NCBI GenBank assembly: GCA_963843265.1
Contig: CAWJJR010000010.1
Coordinates: 83,141-147,140 of the forward strand
From: an uncultured Acidobacteriota bacterium
GTDB lineage: Bacteria > Acidobacteriota > Terriglobia > Acidiferrales > UBA7541
Direction: 5' to 3'
DNA: 64,000 bases
Part shown: positions 8,899 through 16,939 of the stretch, piece by piece
Numbering within the stretch: the first letter of the stretch is position 1
Layout of the letters: every line of letters begins with the position of its first letter
Position numbers and translations under genes: made by a program
The notes under the pieces: model-generated
What the model was told of the DNA's origin: nothing
Database searches by the model: none
Seen by the model: only the letters and a program-made list of their open reading frames with translations

Positions 8899-9981
8899 TT
8901 GAGAGTGCTTTCTAAGAATTACTTGCGAGATTCGGTGCGACACGCGCGGCTGTTGGGCGCGCTCTGCGCGTTGCTCTGTTTGGCTGCTCTATCTGTAACC
9001 GCCGGGACCCCCGACCAACCCGCGGGCGACGCGGTCGGAGTGATCGAAGGCGAAGACATTTCCGTGACGGGTCCCGTGAGTATGGATATGGCTGCCGGGC
9101 AGACGAAAACGATTTTGCGAAGCGGGAGCGACGTACGGGTGAAGTCCGGGCAGGCGCGGATCAGCCTTGTGGAGGGCGGACAGATTTCGATTTGCGGGCC
9201 GGCGCATTTTTCGGTGCTGAAATCGGGCGGAGCGCTGACGGTGGCGCTGGAAAGCGGAGCGATTCATGCGCGGCTCGAGCAGGCGCCGGCGCTGACGGTG
9301 TACACGGCGCAGATTCAGGCGCAGACCGTGGCGATCGGAAATGACCCGCGAGAAATTCTTGTGGGATTCGAGAATCCCGGATTGATGTGCATTCGGACGT
9401 ATCGCGGGGCGTTGCGCGTTGAGCAACAGTTTAGCGGACAGAGCGTGATCGTGCCGCAGGGCGAAAACGTGCTGCTGGTGGACGGGCAAATCGACAAGAT
9501 GAGCAACGGAGCAGGGCACTGCAATTGCGAACTGCAGATCGCGAAAGCTCCGACTGCAGCGCGTCCGGGAAATGGTACGTCTGCGACAGAGCAAAACACT
9601 GCGAACAGCGAAACAACACAAGATTCCAGCGATGCGGCGGTGCTGGGGACGGCATCAACGGCGAGCGAAAAACCAGCGGCGAAAGAGGAACCGATCTACA
9701 CGGTTGATATGCCTCCGTTGGTCTTCGATGCGAAAGCGAAAGTGCAGCCGGAACCAGACCCGAGGTTGATGGCGGTTGTCAGGCAGGTGCGAGTGCGCCC
9801 AGCGCTGATATTTCGCGGGCGAGTGGAAGATGTGCCGGTTACGGCATCGACGGCGCCAGCGGCGCCACCGCTTAAGCCGGCCGAGGCCGCGCCACATAGT
9901 ACGAAACAGGCGCAAACGCATGGCTCGGTCGTCGAACGTGTGAAGTCGTTCTTCCGAAAGCTTTGGTCGCGAAGCGGGTGA
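8899..9981 (+). CDS. secreted FecR-like / low-complexity protein, unknown function
   Basis: Signal-peptide-like RHARLLGALCALLCLAALSVTAG, a beta-rich FecR-like middle part and an Ala/Pro/Thr-rich tail. The real start may be GTG 8935. Confidence 0.6.
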   Translation: MRVLSKNYLRDSVRHARLLGALCALLCLAALSVTAGTPDQPAGDAVGVIEGEDISVTGPVSMDMAAGQTKTILRSGSDVRVKSGQARISLVEGGQISICGPAHFSVLKSGGALTVALESGAIHARLEQAPALTVYTAQIQAQTVAIGNDPREILVGFENPGLMCIRTYRGALRVEQQFSGQSVIVPQGENVLLVDGQIDKMSNGAGHCNCELQIAKAPTAARPGNGTSATEQNTANSETTQDSSDAAVLGTASTASEKPAAKEEPIYTVDMPPLVFDAKAKVQPEPDPRLMAVVRQVRVRPALIFRGRVEDVPVTASTAPAAPPLKPAEAAPHSTKQAQTHGSVVERVKSFFRKLWSRSG

Positions 9982-10185
9982 AGAGTCGGGAGACTTTGGC
10001 AGCTGTCCTGCCGGGCGAGGTCTCTCTCTGTCCTTGAGTTCAGTATCCAGTCTGTCCTTTCGTAATGTTCCGGCGTTAAGACAAGCGTGATACGTTTCCA
10101 GATTAGGATCGCATCCTTTAGCGTTTCCGCGGAGCTTCGAAGGAATTCTATGTGGGGTGGGTTCTTGACTGGGTCGGTGAGGAAC

Positions 10186-12744
10186 ATGGAAATCGGATGC
10201 CGAGTGGCCAGCAAGTTTTGGGTTTTGATTCTCTTCGCGGAGTGTTGCGCTCTTCTGAGCGGATGCAACGGCCTAGGCGGCTCATCTTCTTTGCCGGTGC
10301 CGGACACGACGCCGCCGACAGTGCCGGGCAACTTTGTGGCAGCGGCAACTTCGGCGACGCAGATCAATCTTTCGTGGATGGCTTCTACGGACAACGTGGG
10401 AGTGACGGGGTACAAAGTGGAGCGATGCTCGGGCGCGGGTTGCACGAACTTCGCGCAAATCGCGACGCCGACGACCACCACGTTTAGCGACACGGGATTG
10501 ACGGCGTCGACTTCTTATTCTTACCGGGTCCGGGCCAGCGACGCCGCGGGGAATAACAGCAGTTACTCGAGTACGGCTAGTGCGACAACACAGGCTGCAC
10601 CGGACACCACGCCGCCGACAGCGCCCACAAATTTAACTGCGACGGCGGCTTCAACCACGCAGATCAATCTCTCTTGGACAGCTTCTACGGACAATGTAGG
10701 AGTCACAGGATACAAAGTGGAGCGATGTTCGGGGGCCGGATGCGCGAATTTTGTGCAAATCGCCACGCCGACGACCACAACCTTCAGCGACACGGGATTG
10801 ACGGCGTCTACTTCGTACTCTTACCGCGTCCGGGCGAACGACGCCGCGGGAAATAACAGCGCGTACTCCAATACGGCGACTGCTTCGACTCCGGCGGCGG
10901 GGAACATAAGCGTGACAATCAGTCCCAAGCGCGGCGGATTGACGCTTTCGCAGACGACGCAGTTCACGGCGACGGTGACGAACGACGTGGGAGCAGCGGG
11001 AGTAAAGTGGAGCACGACAGGAGGAACTCTTTCCGGGCAGACAACGACGACGGCGACATATTCGTCCGGAGCAGCGGGGACCTTCACTATCACTGCGACG
11101 AGCAAAGCGGACGTTACGCAATCGGCTTCGGCGACGATCGGCGTGACGGATTTGACCGGCATGACGACGTATCACAACGATTTGTCGCGCGACGGTGTGA
11201 ATTCGCAAGAGTATGCGCTGACGACGGCGAATGTTGCGACGGCGACGTTTGGAAAGTTGTTTTCCTGCCCGACGGATGGAGCGATCTATGCGCAGCCGCT
11301 GTGGGTGGCCAATTTGAGCATTGGCGGCGGGACGCACAACGTGGTTTTTGCGGCGACGACGCACGATACGGTTTATGCATTCGACGCGGACGCGAATCCT
11401 TGCGTGAAATATTGGAGTACATCGCTATTGGGAAGCGGCGAGACATTCGTTTCAAGTTCGGATGTGGGGACTGGAGATATCCAACCGGACATTGGAATTA
11501 TCGGGACGCCGGTGATCGACACAACATCGAGCACGATTTATGTTGTGAGCAAGAGCAAAACCAGTGGGACGAGTTGCACACCGGCGACATCGTGTTTCCA
11601 GCGGCTGCATGCTTTGAGTTTGATCAACGGGACCGAGAAATTTGGCGGACCAGTGAATATCACTTCGGCGATCAGCGTACCCGGTACCGGCGATGGATCG
11701 TCCGGCGGGAATGTGGCCTTCAATACGTTGCGTGAGAACCAGCGGCCGGGCTTGGCGCTTGCCAACGGCATGGTGTATGTGGCGTGGGCTTCGCATGGGG
11801 ACAATGGGCCGTACCACGGATGGGTGATTGCATTTGACAAGACAACGCTCGCGCTTGTCGCGACATTTAACGCAAATCCGAATGGAAGCGATTCTGGAAT
11901 ATGGATGAGCGGAGGAGCGCCGGCAGCGGACTCGTCGGGCAATTTGTATTTTTTGACGGGGAACGGGACATTTGATGTGAATACCGGCGGGTCGGATTAC
12001 GGGGACAGTACCGTGAAGCTGAGCACTTCGGGCGGGTTGTCCGTGGCGGGATATTTTACGCCGGCAGATCAGCAGAATCTGGAGGGCGGCGACACGGATC
12101 ATGGATCCGGCGGGGCGGCGATTTTGGTGGACCAGCCAGCGACGGCGCCTCATCAGCATTTGGTGATAGGCGGAGGAAAAGAAGGAAACCTGTTTTTGCT
12201 GGACCGCGACAATTTGGGCGGGTACGGAGCGAACTTCAATCCGGTGGACTCGAACGCGGTGCAGAAATTCTCGGAGGGCAACGGGATATTTTCTACCGCG
12301 GCGTTTTTTAATAATGCGCTGTACATTGCGGGAACGGGCGGACATTTGAAATCGTTCGCGTTTAATACGACGACGGGACAATTCAATGCGGCGCAGACTT
12401 CGCAGTCGCCGAGCTCGTTCGGATTTCCGGGCGCGACACCTTCGGTGTCGGCATTGGGGACGACGAACGGAATTGTCTGGGCCATGAACAACAATGCGTA
12501 CTGCACGCAGCAGTCTTCGTCGTGCGGCCCCACGGTGTTGCACGCTTATGACGCGACGAGTGTGGCGACGGAACTGTGGAACAGCTCGCAAAGCGCGGGC
12601 GATGCCGCCGGAAACGCCGTGAAGTTTACCGTACCGACCGTCGCCAACGGGAAGGTGTATCTCGGCACGCGAGGAAACGATGCCGGGAATGGCGGCACTA
12701 CGGTTCCGGGCGAGATCGACGTTTACGGATTGAAGCCAAACTAG
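10186..12744 (+). CDS. lipoprotein with 2x FN3, Ig-like (Big_2) and PQQ-like beta-propeller domains
   Basis: Lipobox LLSGC after MEIGCRVASKFWVLILFAECCA. Two roughly 100-aa FN3 modules, a Big_2-like segment (ISVTISPKRGGLTLSQTTQFTATV) and a long propeller-like C-terminal part (AIYAQPLWV..., VVFAATTHDTVYAFDA). Confidence 0.85.
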   Translation: MEIGCRVASKFWVLILFAECCALLSGCNGLGGSSSLPVPDTTPPTVPGNFVAAATSATQINLSWMASTDNVGVTGYKVERCSGAGCTNFAQIATPTTTTFSDTGLTASTSYSYRVRASDAAGNNSSYSSTASATTQAAPDTTPPTAPTNLTATAASTTQINLSWTASTDNVGVTGYKVERCSGAGCANFVQIATPTTTTFSDTGLTASTSYSYRVRANDAAGNNSAYSNTATASTPAAGNISVTISPKRGGLTLSQTTQFTATVTNDVGAAGVKWSTTGGTLSGQTTTTATYSSGAAGTFTITATSKADVTQSASATIGVTDLTGMTTYHNDLSRDGVNSQEYALTTANVATATFGKLFSCPTDGAIYAQPLWVANLSIGGGTHNVVFAATTHDTVYAFDADANPCVKYWSTSLLGSGETFVSSSDVGTGDIQPDIGIIGTPVIDTTSSTIYVVSKSKTSGTSCTPATSCFQRLHALSLINGTEKFGGPVNITSAISVPGTGDGSSGGNVAFNTLRENQRPGLALANGMVYVAWASHGDNGPYHGWVIAFDKTTLALVATFNANPNGSDSGIWMSGGAPAADSSGNLYFLTGNGTFDVNTGGSDYGDSTVKLSTSGGLSVAGYFTPADQQNLEGGDTDHGSGGAAILVDQPATAPHQHLVIGGGKEGNLFLLDRDNLGGYGANFNPVDSNAVQKFSEGNGIFSTAAFFNNALYIAGTGGHLKSFAFNTTTGQFNAAQTSQSPSSFGFPGATPSVSALGTTNGIVWAMNNNAYCTQQSSSCGPTVLHAYDATSVATELWNSSQSAGDAAGNAVKFTVPTVANGKVYLGTRGNDAGNGGTTVPGEIDVYGLKPN
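10300..10899 (+). repeat. tandem 300-bp in-frame duplication (two FN3-coding units)
   Basis: Units 10300-10599 and 10600-10899 both start ccggacac(g/c)acgccgccgacag. They share long identical runs (acgcagatcaatct, tacaaagtggagcgatg, agcgacacgggattgacggcgtc). Confidence 0.9.
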
Positions 12745-12769
12745 AGCCCGAATTCCACAGAATGAAAAT

Positions 12770-12807
12770 GGGTCTTTCACAATCTTGTGAAGGGCCCGTT
12801 TCTTTTG
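12770..12807. terminator. bidirectional intrinsic terminator between convergent genes
   Basis: 12-bp stem gggtctttcaca/tgtgaagggccc (two G-U pairs) with loop atct. Followed by gtttcttttg on the + strand and preceded by the complement of attttcattct for the - strand. Confidence 0.7.
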
Positions 12808-12833
12808 ATGCGAAAATTCTTTCGTGAAAAGGT

Positions 12834-14492
12834 CTACATACCTTCGTAGTTGGGGCCACCGCCGCCTTCGGGGACGACCCAGGTGATGATCTGGTAGGGG
12901 TCGGCGATGTCGCAGGTTTTGCAGTGAACACAATTGGCGGCGTTGATTTTTAGTTTTAGTAGACCGCTCGGATCTTTCGCCATTTCGTAGACAGCCGCGG
13001 GACAAAAATACTGGCAGGGGTTGCCGTATTCCTCCACGCATTTTGTCGCGCAGATATTGGTGTCGGCGACGTGGAGATGGCAGGGCTGGTCTTCTTCGTG
13101 GCGCGTGCCGGAGTGGTAGACGTCGGTCAGACGATCGAAAGTGAGTTTGCCGTCGCCTTTGAAGCGTTGGGGGGCGGGGCGGCCATTGATTTTTTCGTAG
13201 TGCTTGTAACCGGCTTCGGCGTGCATGGGATCGATGAGGCCGCGGCCGCCGGTGACTTGCTGGAAAGCAGTGTGGATGAAGCCGGCGAACATGCCGTGCT
13301 GGAAAGATTGGTGAAAATTGCGGACTTGCCAGAGTTCTTTTTTGATGTAGCTTTGCTCGATTTTTTGTTGGAAGGCGCTGAGGGTTTTGGCAGTGGCGTC
13401 GCCGGTTTTGAGGGACTCGAAAATAGTTTCGGCGGCCAGCATGCCGGACTTCATGGCCATGTGGATGCCTTTGAGGCGCTGAGAGTCGAGGAAGCTGCCG
13501 GAGTCGCCGATGATGAGGGCGCCGTCGACGTAATTGCGGGGCATGGCGTACCAGCCGCCGTAGGGGAGAGATTTTGCGCCGTAGCGGACGAGTTTGCCGC
13601 CTTCGAGAATTTTTTTGAGGAACGGATGCGTCTTCCAGGTTTGAAAAGCGGCGTGAGGATCGAATTGCGGGTCGGCGTATTCGAGCGCGAGGACGAGGCC
13701 GATGGAGAGGCGATTGCCAGAGAGGCCGTAAATCCAGCCGCCGCCATACATGCTGGTGGGAACGGGCCAGCCTAGCGTGTGGGCGACGTAGCCGGGCTGG
13801 ATGCGATCCGGTTGAATATCCCATAGTTCCTTAATGCCGATGCCGTAGGATTGCGGGTTGATATTGTCGAGCTTTTTTGTGGTGACGAGATCTTTGGTGA
13901 GGGAGCCGCGCGGGCCTTCGGCGAGCACGGTGACTTTGGCGCGGAGTTCGTAGCCGGGAGTGTAATTGGACTTGGGCTGGCCGTTTTTGTCGAGGCCTTT
14001 GTCTTCGGTGATGACGCCGGCGATATCGTCGCCTTCGTAGATCAGTTGCGCGCCGCCGAATTCCTTGAAGACGTTTACGCCTGCGGCTTCGACCAGGCCA
14101 CCTAGCCACTTTGTGATTTTGCTCAGGGAGACTACGTAGTTGCCCTTGTTTTGGAAGGGCGGCGGAGTGATGGAAAAGCGGAAGGAGGAGTTTTTGGTGA
14201 AGAGGAGAGCGGCGGAGTCTGTGACGGGCGTGTCGAGGGGCGCGGATTTTTCGAAGTCGGGGACGAGTTCGGCGAGGGCTTTGGGATTCATGATGGCGCC
14301 GGAGAGTTGGTGCGCGCCGATTTCGCGGCCTTTTTCGAGGACGTAGATATTTTCGGCGGAGAGCGGGGGCTTGGCGCCGGAGTCGTTGTGTTTCTTAATG
14401 AGATTGGCGAGATGCAGGGCGCAGGAGAGGCCGGCGGGGCCTGCGCCGACGATCAGGACGTCGGCTTCTAGTTGTTCGCGTTGGACGGCCAT
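12834..14492 (-). CDS. electron-transfer flavoprotein:ubiquinone oxidoreductase (ETF-QO)
   Basis: 552 aa. N-terminal FAD fold VGAGPAGL, C-terminal 4Fe-4S ferredoxin-like CVHCKTCDI ... PEGGGGPNY typical of ETF-QO. Confidence 0.93.
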   Translation of the reverse strand: MAVQREQLEADVLIVGAGPAGLSCALHLANLIKKHNDSGAKPPLSAENIYVLEKGREIGAHQLSGAIMNPKALAELVPDFEKSAPLDTPVTDSAALLFTKNSSFRFSITPPPFQNKGNYVVSLSKITKWLGGLVEAAGVNVFKEFGGAQLIYEGDDIAGVITEDKGLDKNGQPKSNYTPGYELRAKVTVLAEGPRGSLTKDLVTTKKLDNINPQSYGIGIKELWDIQPDRIQPGYVAHTLGWPVPTSMYGGGWIYGLSGNRLSIGLVLALEYADPQFDPHAAFQTWKTHPFLKKILEGGKLVRYGAKSLPYGGWYAMPRNYVDGALIIGDSGSFLDSQRLKGIHMAMKSGMLAAETIFESLKTGDATAKTLSAFQQKIEQSYIKKELWQVRNFHQSFQHGMFAGFIHTAFQQVTGGRGLIDPMHAEAGYKHYEKINGRPAPQRFKGDGKLTFDRLTDVYHSGTRHEEDQPCHLHVADTNICATKCVEEYGNPCQYFCPAAVYEMAKDPSGLLKLKINAANCVHCKTCDIADPYQIITWVVPEGGGGPNYEGM

Positions 14493-14525
14493 GGGTTGAG
14501 CAATCTTAGCAAAGCTGTTTTGCTG

Positions 14526-14741
14526 TTAGCGGAGTTTCTGAAATTGATCGAGGGTAATGCCGAGCTGCTTTAGGATTTGATTGAACAACGGCGGTCCGAT
14601 TTCTTCCCCACCGTGGACAGGTATTGTCGTGACTCGCCCGTCCGGATGATTCCATCTTCCGTGGCTGCCCTTTTGGCGTTTGAGAATGAATCCTAAGATG
14701 CGGGCGACGCGCTGAAACTCGCGTGCCGTGGCACTAGGCAT
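14526..14741 (-). CDS. hicA: HicA-family mRNA interferase toxin
   Basis: 71 aa; QKGSHGRWNHPDGRVTTIPVHGGEEIGPPLFNQILKQLGI matches the HicA/YcfA signature. Overlaps the upstream hicB by 8 nt. Confidence 0.88.
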   Translation of the reverse strand: MPSATAREFQRVARILGFILKRQKGSHGRWNHPDGRVTTIPVHGGEEIGPPLFNQILKQLGITLDQFQKLR

Positions 14742-14949
14742 GAACTATCTCAGTGGAATCGGCCGGAAGTTCCAGGCCTTTTTCTCTGTATTCGTCCTCG
14801 ACCATACTAAAGACGTTGGCCAGTTCTGCGAGAGCCTCTTCGCGCGTTTTCATTAGCGCGTAGCAAGCAGGAAGGGCAGGGATTTCGGCGACCCATCCTG
14901 ACCGGTCATCCTGACGATAAAGAACTATCTTGTAGTCCTCGAATTTCAT
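14734..14949 (-). CDS. hicB: HicB-family antitoxin (short form, no DNA-binding domain evident)
   Basis: 71 aa; YRQDDRSGWVAEIPALPACYALMKTREEALAEL matches the HicB N-terminal fold motif. Located immediately upstream of hicA. Confidence 0.85.
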   Translation of the reverse strand: MKFEDYKIVLYRQDDRSGWVAEIPALPACYALMKTREEALAELANVFSMVEDEYREKGLELPADSTEIVHA

Positions 14950-15158
14950 GGTGTGCCCATAGTATAGGACAAAAACGGTGGGTTCGACATAGCGCGGATT
15001 ATCGGCAGAAAGCAGATTCCGCGCTCCACTCGGAATGACATTGCGCGTTCGCTTAGGGGTCGCTCGTACTTACCAGAGCTTCCGGGATTCGTCCTGTGCT
15101 ATATCCCCATGCCTGGATTGTGGTAAACCATAACCGCCCACCCCCTGGGGTTTTTTCA

Positions 15159-15221
15159 AAAGTGTTCATTCTAAAGGGATTCAAACTGTTTGTTTTGTGT
15201 GAGCTTCGAAAGTGTTCATTC
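15159..15221. repeat. 13-nt exact direct repeat, two copies exactly 50 nt apart
   Basis: aaagtgttcattc occurs at 15159-15171 and 15209-15221. The flanking sequence is unrelated. Lies in a gene-free gap. Confidence 0.85.
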
Positions 15222-15310
15222 CACGGAGCTTAGGATGGCGAATTTGCACCAAAATTGTGCAGACCTCATAAGTGCTACGAGCAAAGGACTTAGGGTACAA
15301 GTTTGCCAGA

Positions 15311-15342
15311 AAAGCAAAAACGCCAATCATCAGATTGGCGTT
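15311..15342 (-). terminator. intrinsic terminator (minus strand)
   Basis: Perfect 10-bp stem aacgccaatc/gattggcgtt (15319-15342) with a 4-nt loop. On the minus strand it is followed by tttttgcttt. Confidence 0.65.
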
Positions 15343-15370
15343 CCAAGACCGATGCGCGGTATTACCCAAG
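15313..15370 (-). ncRNA. candidate small RNA or short leader (promoter-to-terminator unit of about 55-60 nt)
   Basis: Bounded by the promoter-like element at 15377-15403 and the terminator at 15311-15342. No convincing ORF and no match to any RNA family I can recognise by eye. Confidence 0.3.
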
Positions 15371-15376
15371 GGGGAG

Positions 15377-15403
15377 AGTATACCAAAGCTAACCTTTTGT
15401 CAA
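15377..15403 (-). promoter_or_regulatory. sigma70-like promoter with extended -10 (minus strand)
   Basis: Minus strand reads TTGACA (15398-15403), a 15-nt spacer, then TGgTATACT (15377-15385). Confidence 0.4.
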
Positions 15404-15637
15404 GGAGAAACTACAGAAGAAAAAAACAAGGGGGTAGTGTCCCAATTTGGGCTGGGTGTTCCCGACTCGGCGATTAGAGGACAAAACTGAGTCTCACGCA
15501 CGCTGGTGCGCTGAAAAGCACAAGCTTTTGGGACCTGGTCATTCTGAAAAGCGGGAGCAGGGCTGCCGCACTCCAAATTAGGACTGCACCAGAGGAGGGG
15601 GTGGTGGGCACTGCGGCGTTGGACGTAAACTCGCTTT

Positions 15638-15922
15638 ATGGTGTTCACTAAGCGGCTGCGGGAGAGGATACGGCGGGGGGAGATTACTTGCAGTGTGCGG
15701 ATATGGATGAGTCCCCGCGTGCGAGTGGGTGCGCGATACCGAATGGAGGAAGGCGAGATTGAAGTCGATTCGATTGAACCGATCGGGTTTCCGGATATTA
15801 CTCCGGAGTTGGCGCGGGAGTCGGGATTCCTTGGCGTTCTGGACTTGCTCAAGGTCGCGAAACATGGGCGAGGCGAAAATATTTATTTGATCCGGTTCCA
15901 TTATGTGCGGCGGCGGTGTTAG
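15638..15922 (+). CDS. ASCH domain protein
   Basis: 94 aa; LRERIRRGEITCSVRIW ... GARYRMEEGEIEVDSIE resembles the ASCH (PUA-like) beta-barrel family. Confidence 0.7.
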   Translation: MVFTKRLRERIRRGEITCSVRIWMSPRVRVGARYRMEEGEIEVDSIEPIGFPDITPELARESGFLGVLDLLKVAKHGRGENIYLIRFHYVRRRC

Positions 15923-16389
15923 CTGTGCCCGTTATCACGCAGCTGACCTGCCTGTTTTGGCGACTGCCGCTCGAAGTAAAACGCGATGCCTAACGCGAGA
16001 ATCAGGGCTGCGATCCCGAACAGGGTCAAGCTTGGCACTGTGTTCGGCTCTTCAATAATGACCTTACGCGCCATAGCGATTAACGCGACTTCAAGAACAA
16101 CCCGCACATGAATGACATCCTTCTTTAGGTATGCTTTCAGCGTCTCCAGCAGTTCCACACCGATCAGGACCAACAGGAAGTAGCCAAAAACATCGAGCAG
16201 ACCTTGCACGCGAATGAGAAACCGAGGCGGTGTCCAAACCTCCTCGGCGATCAGAACGCCCAAATGAACAGTGGAGAGAACGACGACGATCGCGAGCATG
16301 CCAGCGAGCGCCAGGACGGTGAACTTTTGGATTTTTGTGATCAGCGCTTCCAATATTCTCTCCTGCGAAAGGTTATCACTCGCGGTCAT
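15919..16389 (-). CDS. psiE: PsiE-family (phosphate-starvation-inducible) membrane protein
   Basis: Four hydrophobic helices and LIGVELLETLKAYLKKDVIHVRVVLEVALIAMARKVI, characteristic of PsiE. Start at 16389 preferred. Confidence 0.75.
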   Translation of the reverse strand: MTASDNLSQERILEALITKIQKFTVLALAGMLAIVVVLSTVHLGVLIAEEVWTPPRFLIRVQGLLDVFGYFLLVLIGVELLETLKAYLKKDVIHVRVVLEVALIAMARKVIIEEPNTVPSLTLFGIAALILALGIAFYFERQSPKQAGQLRDNGHS

Positions 16390-16491
16390 TGAGTGCCACT
16401 GGCAGAAATGCCAGGCTCTCGGCACCGGGGAAGCCGTTCGAGGGCTACGGGCGAAGAGTAATCGGAACGATGGGCGGCAACATTTCGGTGG

Positions 16492-16893
16492 CTAGCCGTT
16501 TTCTACGCGGGCTTTTATGTCCGTGTAGGCGGCATCGATTAGCGCGTTTAGGGCTACGGCGTTTGTGGGCGTTCCCGGTTTCAGCTTTACGTGGCGCATG
16601 AACTTGCCAGTGCCTTGCAGCAGGCGGGCGGGATCGGGGAGGGATGCGCCTTGGAAGAAGCCTACGTTTACGTGGGAGGTGAAGACGTTTACGTAGGCGA
16701 AGGGGGCGTCTCCCAGGCAGGCGGTTGGGCAGCCGTCATGGAGGAGTTCGCGGACTTCGTCGCCGCAGTTTCGCATGGCTTCGAACCAGTTTTTCGCGAT
16801 GGCTCCTGGTTCACCTTTGCGTTGTTTCAGCCAAGTGTCGATGGCGGGATCGCGCTGGACTGCGCCGTCGAATCGTAGGAAGTCCGATTTCAT
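16492..16893 (-). CDS. DUF1801 domain protein
   Basis: 133 aa; AYVNVFTSHVNVGFFQGASLPDPARLLQGTGKFMRHVKL is typical of the DUF1801/YdhG-like family. Confidence 0.7.
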   Translation of the reverse strand: MKSDFLRFDGAVQRDPAIDTWLKQRKGEPGAIAKNWFEAMRNCGDEVRELLHDGCPTACLGDAPFAYVNVFTSHVNVGFFQGASLPDPARLLQGTGKFMRHVKLKPGTPTNAVALNALIDAAYTDIKARVENG

Positions 16894-16939
16894 GGTTGCT
16901 CGCTTTCAACGGCATTTTACACAGAAGGCGCGGTTTTAT

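Noticed and set aside
11452-13824. 790-aa minus-strand ORF
   Set aside because: It is extremely Arg-rich (runs of RRRR). It overlaps both the propeller lipoprotein (antisense) and ETF-QO (same strand, wrong frame), which have strong family signatures. It is a GC-frame artefact.
14950-15130. tRNA-like fragment or att site (gggttcgac at about 14977)
   Set aside because: The T-loop-like string is not embedded in a cloverleaf. There is no acceptor stem or anticodon arm, and no integrase is nearby.
15181-15369. 62-aa minus-strand ORF in the gene-free gap, considered as a possible small hydrophobic toxin
   Set aside because: It has a TTG start without a Shine-Dalgarno sequence, and its reading frame runs through the terminator hairpin and T-run. 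The only hydrophobic stretch (IGVFAFL) is encoded by that hairpin. There is no independent support.
15405-15637. Possible known structured RNA (SRP, 6S, tmRNA, RNase P, riboswitch) upstream of the ASCH gene
   Set aside because: I see small hairpins (cgcac/gtgcg, aaaagc/gctttt) and a 9-nt repeat ctgaaaagc. None of the conserved motifs of these RNA families (SRP GGAA/AGCA loop context, tmRNA tag and T-arm, RNase P GAGGAAAGUCC) is present. This cannot be decided without a covariance-model search.
15919-15922. ASCH and psiE genes converge and share overlapping stop codons (TTAG)
   Set aside because: The overlap is real but trivial. Overlapping convergent stops are common in compact genomes, and nothing suggests a regulatory role.
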